27,531 nt of DNA, taken from positions 1 through 27,531 of the IMG/VR virus record IMGVR_UViG_3300037461_000357; one strand, written 5' to 3'. The notes under the pieces are model-generated. The model saw nothing but the letters and a program-made list of their open reading frames with translations. It did not search any database and was not told where the DNA came from. The DNA comes from a virus. Its lineage: Duplodnaviria; Caudoviricetes. Below are positions 21,471-27,531 of this stretch, piece after piece; position 1 is the first letter of the stretch, and each line of letters opens with the position of its first letter. The translations under genes and the position numbers were made by a program.

Positions 21471-22105
21471 AGCCAGGAAAGCCGCCCGTGCCGGCCTTCA
21501 ACTGCGAGTGGCCGCCGGGCGACGAGCACGCGCAGGCGCACATCACCGCCGGGCTGCCGCTCCTGCTCGACGCCATCGGGCTGTGCACGCAGCGGCGGCA
21601 CGCGATCCAGGCTGGTGGATGTGTCGGCCTGTACCCGCTCGCGCTCGCCGAGCACTTCGGGCGCGTCGACACCTGGGAGCCGAGCACGGTCAACCTGCCG
21701 TACCTCAAGCGCAACGTGGCCGGCGTGAGCAACATCTACCTGCACGAGGGGGCGCTCACCGACGACGTGACGCAGCACTGGTGCATGCAGCACTTCGCGG
21801 CCAACTGCGGCGGCTCGCACCTCGTGCCGTTCGTCCACGAGCTGGTCGCGCCGTACCGCGGCGACGAGTACGGCTGGCAGGACGTGGACTTCGTCCAGCT
21901 CGATGTCGAGGGCCACGAGCTGCCCGCCCTGCTCGGCCTGGAACAGACCCTGCTGCGCTGCCGGCCGGTGGTGCAGATCGAAGAGTACGGCTGGGGTGCG
22001 CCGCGCTACGGCTACGCGCAGGACGCAGCCCGCAAGTGGCTGGAGGCGCGCGGCTGGCGGCAGGTCCTGGCGAGCGAGTCCGACCGGGTCCTCGTGCATG
22101 GCTGA
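21467..22105 (+). CDS. FkbM-family SAM-dependent methyltransferase
   Basis: AIQAGGCVG motif I variant, TWEP...N, VDFVQLDVEGHE...L.G...L....PVVQIE. Confidence 0.8.
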   Translation: MKPGKPPVPAFNCEWPPGDEHAQAHITAGLPLLLDAIGLCTQRRHAIQAGGCVGLYPLALAEHFGRVDTWEPSTVNLPYLKRNVAGVSNIYLHEGALTDDVTQHWCMQHFAANCGGSHLVPFVHELVAPYRGDEYGWQDVDFVQLDVEGHELPALLGLEQTLLRCRPVVQIEEYGWGAPRYGYAQDAARKWLEARGWRQVLASESDRVLVHG

Positions 22106-22607
22106 ACTGCTGCTCGGCGCCGGTAACAGGCGCGAGAAGAAGCTCTACCGACAAGGCCAGCAGTTCTTCGTCGACCTGACGACGCTCGACATCGATCCGG
22201 GATGCAACCCGGACGTGCTGTGGGACCTCAACAACCGGCCGCTGCCGTTCGCGGACGGCCAGTTCGACGAGATCCACGCCTACGAGGTCCTAGAGCACGT
22301 CGGCCGGCAGGGCGACTGGCGCGGCTTCTTCGCCGAGTTTGCGGAGTACTACCGCATCCTCAAGCCCGGCGGCGTGCTCGTGCTGTCGTGCCCGCGCTGG
22401 GACAGCCCCTGGGCGTGGGGCGATCCTGGCCACACGCGCGTGCTGTCGGCGCACACGTTCACGTTCTTGAGCCGCGAGCAGTACATCGCGCAGATCGGCC
22501 AGACGCCGATGACGGACTACCGCGCCGTGTGGCCCGCCGACTTCGTGCTCGTCCACGAGAGCGAGGTCGGCGAGCACGGCATGCTGTACGCACTGCAGAG
22601 AGACTGA
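22098..22607 (+). CDS. Class I SAM-dependent methyltransferase (Methyltransf_11-like)
   Basis: LLLGAG, TLDID, DLN..PLPFADGQFDEI.AYEVLEH, RILKPGG, DPGH. Confidence 0.8.
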   Translation: MAELLLGAGNRREKKLYRQGQQFFVDLTTLDIDPGCNPDVLWDLNNRPLPFADGQFDEIHAYEVLEHVGRQGDWRGFFAEFAEYYRILKPGGVLVLSCPRWDSPWAWGDPGHTRVLSAHTFTFLSREQYIAQIGQTPMTDYRAVWPADFVLVHESEVGEHGMLYALQRD

Positions 22608-22608
22608 C

Positions 22609-24999
22609 ATGGCGAAACGACAGAAGCTCGACGACGACACGCTGCGCGACCTGACGCAGCGGTGGATCGACTCGGCCGCGGCTTTTGTCGACCAGGAGAT
22701 CGCCGAGTCGCGCGAGAAGGCGCTCCGCTACTATGAAGGGCAGAACCCGGACGGGATGCCGCTCAAGGAAGGCCGCAGCAAGATGGTCGACCCGGTGGTG
22801 CGCGACACCATCGAGTGGATCATGCCGAGCCTCATGCGCATATTCGCGGCCGGCGACAAGTGGATCAGCGTCGAGCCGCACGGTCCCGAGGACGCTCAGA
22901 AGGCCCGCGCCACCGAGGCGTGGGTGAACTACGTTTGCCAGCGCATGAATCCCGGCTACCTGCTGGACTACCAGTGGATTCGCGACGCCCTGCTCGAAAA
23001 GGTGGGCTGGCAGAAAATCTACTGGGACGTGACCGAGCAGGATGAGAAGGCCACCTTCGCTGGCGTCACGACGCAGGAACTCGAACTGATCCGCGCCCAG
23101 CCCGGCGTCGAAATCGACGAGGTGGAGGAAATGCCGGGCGGTGACGGCATGCCGCTCTACACCGTCAGCGTGGAGGTCGAGAAGCGCGAGGCGGTGCTGC
23201 GCATCAGCACCATCCCGCCCGAGGAGATCCTGTACACCGAGGACGCCACGCTCGACCGCTCAAGCTGGTGGTTCCTGGCGCACAAGAGCGAGAAGCGGCT
23301 GTCCGAGCTGCGCGCCATGGGATTCGACGTGGCCGACGACATCAACGGCCCGGAACTGGAGTCGCTCGACAACGACGAGCGCAATAGCGACAACGCCGGC
23401 ATCGATCTGGACGACGACGACGTTGCGGCCGTGGACCCGGCAGCCCGCAAGGTGTGGCTCTACGAGTGCTACCTGCGCCACGACAAGGACGGCGACGGCA
23501 TCGCCGAGTGGCTGCAGATCATGCGCGTCGGCGACGAGATCCTGAGCGTCGAGGAAATCGACGACGTGCCGCTGGTGTGCATCTCGCCCGTGCTGCGCTC
23601 GCACCGCCTGACCGGCTACAGCATCGCCGACCTGTGCCTCGACATGCAGGACCTGAGCACGGCGATCCAGCGCAACATTTACGACCACTTGTACGCCACG
23701 GTCGCGCCGCGCTCCGAGCTGGACGTGACCGGACTCACCGAGCACACGGTCGGCGACTACCTCGACAACCGCTTCGGCGGCTTCATCAGGGTGCGCAAGC
23801 TTGGCACGGTCAACCCGCTGGTTAGCTCGCCGCTGCCGCCCTATGCGTTCGAGCTTCTCAACCACGTCCAGGCCAAGACGGAGGCCAGGACGGGCGTCAC
23901 CCGCTTCAACCAGGGGCTGTCGCCGGACACGCTGAACAAGACCGCCACGGGCACCAGCCTCGTCATGCAGGCAGCCAACGCGCGCCTGGAACTGATCGCG
24001 CGCAACCTCGCCGAGACGGGCTTCAAGGACCGTGTGCAGCAGATCATCCGGCTCAGTGCCGCGCACCCGGAGTACCTCGCGCAGCGCACGGTGCAGCTAT
24101 CCGGCGTGCCGCTGCAGCTCACCGCCGACGACTTGGTGTCGAGCTACGACCTCGTGATCAATACCGGCATCGGCACGGGCAATCGCGAGCAGCAGTTGCA
24201 GCACATCGGCGCGCTTGTGCAGTCCTACCAGATGCTCGCGCAGGCCGGCGCCGGCCCAGGCTCGCAGAACCCGCTGTTCTCCACGCTGAACATGTACAAC
24301 GCCTTGGCAGAATTGCTCAAGCTCTCGGGCTACCGCAACACGGGCGACTTCCTGATCGATCCGCAGAATCCCAACGCGCCGCGCGATCCGCCGGCCCCAC
24401 CGCCGCCGCCTAGCGTCGAGCAGGTGCTCGCGCAGGCCGAGCTGCAGAAGGCGCAGATCAATGCCGGCAAGGTCCAGGCCGAGGCGCAGATCGAGCAGCA
24501 GCGCACTGCCCTGGACGCGCAGAAGGCGCAGCAGGAGATGCAACTGGAGGCCCTGCGCGTGCAACTGGAGCAGCAGAAGGTGGCCCTCGCCGAGCGCGAG
24601 TTGGCCCTCAAGGAGTACGAACTGCGCGCCAAGACCAACGCCGAGCTGCTGGCCGCGCAGGCCGGTGCCGACGAGAAGAGCGTGGGCGCGGTCGTGGACT
24701 TCGAGCAGAGCCTGTGGGAGCGCAACCTCAAGGAGCGCGAGCTGGCGCTCAAGGAGCGCGAGGCGATGCTGCGCGAGCGCGAGAGCCGCCTGGGCGAGGC
24801 CAAGACGCGCGCCGAGTTGGGGGAGGCGTTCGATCTGCCGGAACTGGAGGCCGAGCGGCGCGAGTCGCGCACGCTGGAGACGGTGATCGAGGCGCTAGGC
24901 GCCCTGTCGCGGCAGCTCACCGCGCCCAAGCGGGTAGTGCGTGACGCGGACGGCGCCGTGATCGGCGTCGAGACGCTGGCGACGGGAACCGAGGGATGA
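22609..24999 (+). CDS. Portal protein with long C-terminal coiled-coil barrel (P22-like)
   Basis: R..AL.YY.G, GRSK.V...VRDT.EWIMPSLMRIF, RTGVTRFNQG...LNKTATG, ELIARNLAETG. Follows terminase. Confidence 0.88.
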   Translation: MAKRQKLDDDTLRDLTQRWIDSAAAFVDQEIAESREKALRYYEGQNPDGMPLKEGRSKMVDPVVRDTIEWIMPSLMRIFAAGDKWISVEPHGPEDAQKARATEAWVNYVCQRMNPGYLLDYQWIRDALLEKVGWQKIYWDVTEQDEKATFAGVTTQELELIRAQPGVEIDEVEEMPGGDGMPLYTVSVEVEKREAVLRISTIPPEEILYTEDATLDRSSWWFLAHKSEKRLSELRAMGFDVADDINGPELESLDNDERNSDNAGIDLDDDDVAAVDPAARKVWLYECYLRHDKDGDGIAEWLQIMRVGDEILSVEEIDDVPLVCISPVLRSHRLTGYSIADLCLDMQDLSTAIQRNIYDHLYATVAPRSELDVTGLTEHTVGDYLDNRFGGFIRVRKLGTVNPLVSSPLPPYAFELLNHVQAKTEARTGVTRFNQGLSPDTLNKTATGTSLVMQAANARLELIARNLAETGFKDRVQQIIRLSAAHPEYLAQRTVQLSGVPLQLTADDLVSSYDLVINTGIGTGNREQQLQHIGALVQSYQMLAQAGAGPGSQNPLFSTLNMYNALAELLKLSGYRNTGDFLIDPQNPNAPRDPPAPPPPPSVEQVLAQAELQKAQINAGKVQAEAQIEQQRTALDAQKAQQEMQLEALRVQLEQQKVALAERELALKEYELRAKTNAELLAAQAGADEKSVGAVVDFEQSLWERNLKERELALKEREAMLRERESRLGEAKTRAELGEAFDLPELEAERRESRTLETVIEALGALSRQLTAPKRVVRDADGAVIGVETLATGTEG

Positions 25000-25166
25000 G
25001 CGAGGCGCCGTTGCCGAAGGTCGACGGCTTCCTGCTCGTGATCGGCCGTGACGGGCGCGTCAAGGTGGACGACTGGAACGGATTGACGGCGGACCAGCAA
25101 CGGCAGGTGGCCGAGTACGTGGTAGCGACCTATCCGAGAGGGCAGCGCAATGGCAGTGACGCTTGA
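24996..25166 (+). CDS. Hypothetical protein (56 aa)
   Basis: ATGA overlap with the portal stop: MSEAPLPKVDGFLLVIGRDGRVKVDDW... Confidence 0.5.
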   Translation: MSEAPLPKVDGFLLVIGRDGRVKVDDWNGLTADQQRQVAEYVVATYPRGQRNGSDA

Positions 25167-25548
25167 GACAGTCGCGCGCAACGCCGCGTGCAACGCGGTC
25201 GTCGATCTCGTGGACGCGGGCGAGGCGGCCGGCGTGCTGGAGATCAAGACCAGCGCCGGGACGAGCACGCTCGGCAATGGCGAGGTGGCGACGCTCACGT
25301 TCGCCGATCCGGCCTTCGGTGCAGCGGCCACTGGCGTGGCGACGGCCGGGACCATCACGGCCGACAGCAGCGCAGTTGGCGGCACTGCGGCCAAAGCCTA
25401 CTTCTACGACTCGGACGAGACGCCCATCCTGTCGTGCTCTGTCGGCACGGCGGCAACTGACATCGTATTGAGCAGCGTGACTGTCAACGAGGGCGACACC
25501 GTCTCGGTGTCGTCGCTGACGGTCACCATGCCGGCAACCGTTAGCTAA
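25150..25548 (+). CDS. Beta-rich virion structural/decoration protein (132 aa)
   Basis: Thr/Ala/Val-rich, TLTFADPAFGAA..G.AT and VSSLTVTMPA pattern seen in phage structural proteins. Confidence 0.55.
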   Translation: MAVTLETVARNAACNAVVDLVDAGEAAGVLEIKTSAGTSTLGNGEVATLTFADPAFGAAATGVATAGTITADSSAVGGTAAKAYFYDSDETPILSCSVGTAATDIVLSSVTVNEGDTVSVSSLTVTMPATVS

Positions 25549-25563
25549 CAGAGGAGACGCGAC

Positions 25564-25629
25564 ATGGCGTGCAGCAAGAAGGGCAAGAAGGGCAAGGGCA
25601 AGACGCCGATGCCTGGCAAGAAGTACTGA
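25564..25629 (+). CDS. 21-aa lysine-rich micropeptide
   Basis: GAGGAG SD. MACSKKGKKGKGKTPMPGKKY*. Confidence 0.55.
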   Translation: MACSKKGKKGKGKTPMPGKKY

Positions 25630-25643
25630 CCAGGGACTGCCAT

Positions 25644-26078
25644 GTGGGCATCGCCGCAATCCTCGACAAGGCCGGGCCGGCACTCGCCACCGGAATCGTC
25701 CTGGCGCTTCTCACGGGCGCAGCGTCAACTGTTGTGGCTTGGCGTGACCTTGCTAGTACTAGCGCAGTGCGCTTTGGCTATGTCACTGCCGAGCTTGAGC
25801 GACTACGCGCCGACCTTGAGGGTTTCCGGGCTCCAGGCGGTCGCTTCACCGCACACGACGGCGAGCGTCACTGGCAGCGCATGGACGACCTCGACCGTCG
25901 CCTCCGAGAGCAGGAGATGAGGCCGCCTCGGCTCAATCCGGCGCTGGACGGCGTGACGAGCAAGGTCGCCGAGCTGGAGCGGGCCGTGGACCGGCTGGAG
26001 GACCGCGTCGCCGCGCTCAAGGAGGAGCAGCAGCGGCTGTGCGACCGGCTGCAGGCATGCAAGGGCAGGCAGCAGTGA
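25644..26078 (+). CDS. N-terminal TM plus coiled-coil protein (holin/spanin-like)
   Basis: GTG 25644. One TM segment (ALATGIVLALLTGAASTVVAW) then heptads; lies near the endolysin. Confidence 0.45.
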   Translation: MGIAAILDKAGPALATGIVLALLTGAASTVVAWRDLASTSAVRFGYVTAELERLRADLEGFRAPGGRFTAHDGERHWQRMDDLDRRLREQEMRPPRLNPALDGVTSKVAELERAVDRLEDRVAALKEEQQRLCDRLQACKGRQQ

Positions 26079-26081
26079 CCG

Positions 26082-26429
26082 ATGCGCTCCAACTGCCACT
26101 TGGAAGCGTGGAAGCGGTACCGACGCGGCGAGGCGGTGGGATTTTGCTTCCTGCCGACGCAGTACTCGGCCACGGCCGCGCTGACCCGCCATCCGTTGTG
26201 GTGGCCGCTGAAGATCGTCGGCATCGCGCTGCAGTGGACGTGCTGGCCGCTCACGCACCTGGGCGAGTACCTGCGGACGGGCCGTTGGTATCACGTTCAC
26301 TGGATCGACCGGGACGGCCAGCACTGGGAGTTCGTGATGACCGACGCGGACGGCGCGGACGCGCGCACGCACACGGCGATGCCGCCGCTGCTGTTCCGCG
26401 GCCGGGTCAGGAGAGTGGGCGATGAGTGA
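26082..26429 (+). CDS. Hypothetical protein (115 aa)
   Basis: MRSNC...W...H.HW...F.G.V..GD pattern. ATGAGTGA overlap with the next gene. Confidence 0.55.
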   Translation: MRSNCHLEAWKRYRRGEAVGFCFLPTQYSATAALTRHPLWWPLKIVGIALQWTCWPLTHLGEYLRTGRWYHVHWIDRDGQHWEFVMTDADGADARTHTAMPPLLFRGRVRRVGDE

Positions 26430-27084
26430 ACCGCGCGGCATCCGCAACAACAACCCGCTGAACATCGATTACCACGCGAACAACCCGTGGCAGGGGCTGG
26501 ACACGCCGCCGAGTGACGGGCGTTTCTGCCGCTTCACCGAACCGCAGTGGGGCGTGCGCGCGGCGGTGATCATCGTCCGCTCCTACAACAAGCGCGGCAT
26601 CAGGACGCTGCGCCAGGTCATCAGCACCTGGGCGCCACCGTCCGAGAACTCGGTCGAGAACTACATCGGCTTCGTGGTCCGCAAGACCGGCTTCCAGGCC
26701 GGCACCGTCATCGACGGCCACGACAAGGCGACGATGCTGCCGCTGCTCAAGGCCATGTGCCTCATGGAGTGCGGGCCGGCGCCTGACGGCATGGCGAATG
26801 GCAACTGGCTGGACGACGCAGTCTGGGAAGCCGGCTGGTCGCTGTCGAGGCCACTCACCCAGTCGCGCACCACGCGCGGCAGCGTGATGGCCGGCGGTGC
26901 GGCGGTGGCCGGCGCCATTCTCGAGGCCGCCACCGAGGTGCTGCCGCAAGCGGCGGACGCGGCGACCATCGTCACGCCGCTGTGGCCCGAGGTCGCGCGC
27001 TGGGTGCTGATCGTGGTCGTGATCGCAGGCGCCGCGCTGGCGCTGCACGCGCGGCTGCAGGCCCGCAAGGACGGCGTGCGATGA
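26422..27084 (+). CDS. Endolysin-like lysozyme-fold protein (RGIRNNNPLNI family) with C-terminal TM segments
   Basis: PRGIRNNNPLNI...RF..F.....GVRA...WAPPSEN...Y...AM..ME.G. Hydrophobic C-terminus. Confidence 0.7.
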   Translation: MSEPRGIRNNNPLNIDYHANNPWQGLDTPPSDGRFCRFTEPQWGVRAAVIIVRSYNKRGIRTLRQVISTWAPPSENSVENYIGFVVRKTGFQAGTVIDGHDKATMLPLLKAMCLMECGPAPDGMANGNWLDDAVWEAGWSLSRPLTQSRTTRGSVMAGGAAVAGAILEAATEVLPQAADAATIVTPLWPEVARWVLIVVVIAGAALALHARLQARKDGVR

Positions 27085-27218
27085 CGGAGGAGCAGATGGA
27101 CGCGCTGATGGAGGCACTGGCCCTCCTGTTGCGCTATGTGGGCCGGCACGGGACGCCGGCCGAGCAGGCGGCGGCGCTGGAGCACTGGCAGGCGCTGCGT
27201 GAGGTTTTCCAACCCTAG
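27081..27218 (+). CDS. Hypothetical protein (45 aa)
   Basis: ATGA overlap: MTEEQMDALMEALALLLRYVG... Confidence 0.5.
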   Translation: MTEEQMDALMEALALLLRYVGRHGTPAEQAAALEHWQALREVFQP

Positions 27219-27230
27219 CGAGGCACAGAC

Positions 27231-27500
27231 ATGGCAGACGAGAACAGCAGATACAACGTGGCGATCACGCTGACCGTGACCGACGCGACGACGGGCGAGC
27301 CGACCGCGTTCAGCCGCACCGTGCAGGAGTACAGCGACATGCCCTACGAGTACATGCAGGCGGTGCAGGCCGTGGGCATCCCGGCGCTGGTCCAGGCGCT
27401 GCTCGCGCCGGGCAACGCGCTGGCCGAGGAGATCAAGGCCAAGCGCAAGGCCAAGGGCGCCGCGCCCGTGGTCCGGCCGGAGGAGCAGTTCAAGCGGTAG
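27231..27500 (+). CDS. Hypothetical protein (89 aa)
   Basis: GAGG SD, GC3-biased codons. Confidence 0.6.
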   Translation: MADENSRYNVAITLTVTDATTGEPTAFSRTVQEYSDMPYEYMQAVQAVGIPALVQALLAPGNALAEEIKAKRKAKGAAPVVRPEEQFKR

Positions 27501-27531
27501 ACGAGATCAGAGGCGAGCCGATCATGGACCG

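Noticed and set aside
24592-24756. Repeated GAGCGCGAG(T/C)TGGC(C/G)CTCAAGGAG in the portal gene
   Set aside because: Encodes ERELALKE heptads of the coiled-coil barrel; not a CRISPR or DGR repeat.
20130-25394. Long antisense or alternate-frame ORFs (e.g. 20130-21113, 21220-22179, 23260-24066, 24330-25394)
   Set aside because: Shadow ORFs expected in high-GC coding DNA; Arg/Ala/Pro-rich, no motifs, overlapping well-supported genes.

Overview
GC-rich temperate podovirus-type (P22/lambdoid-organised) phage genome segment, probably from a beta/gammaproteobacterial host. The host is inferred from a CTG-N10-CAG SOS box, sigma70-like promoters and an FtsZ-like tail mimic. Order: tail nozzle/needle genes, a sulfotransferase-like gene and five ejection-type genes (1-9521, +); an intergenic control region (~9625-9857); the leftward early operon with integrase, TGT/DpdA-like gene, xis, SSB-like, YqaJ exonuclease, ERF and many small ORFs (9858-15891, -); a cI/cro switch with visible operators; replication (initiator with iterons, DnaB-type helicase), RusA, Q, late promoter and terminator; terS/terL, two methyltransferases, portal and lysis-type genes (+). 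Scaffold and capsid genes are not in the window. The main candidates for new biology are: (1) a LexA-boxed, structured-leader, antisense 85-aa gene paired with a CI that has no autocleavage domain; (2) an ejection-module protein with a pre-toxin-like hairpin and an HhH-GPD-like core, flanked on both sides by antisense mini-genes; (3) an unannotated 59-aa FtsZ C-terminal-peptide mimic; (4) a parS site beside the late promoter; (5) a duplicated int-start/xis-end junction that stacks accessory cassettes, one being a DpdA/TGT-like enzyme. All family calls come from motif recognition by eye; no searches were run.
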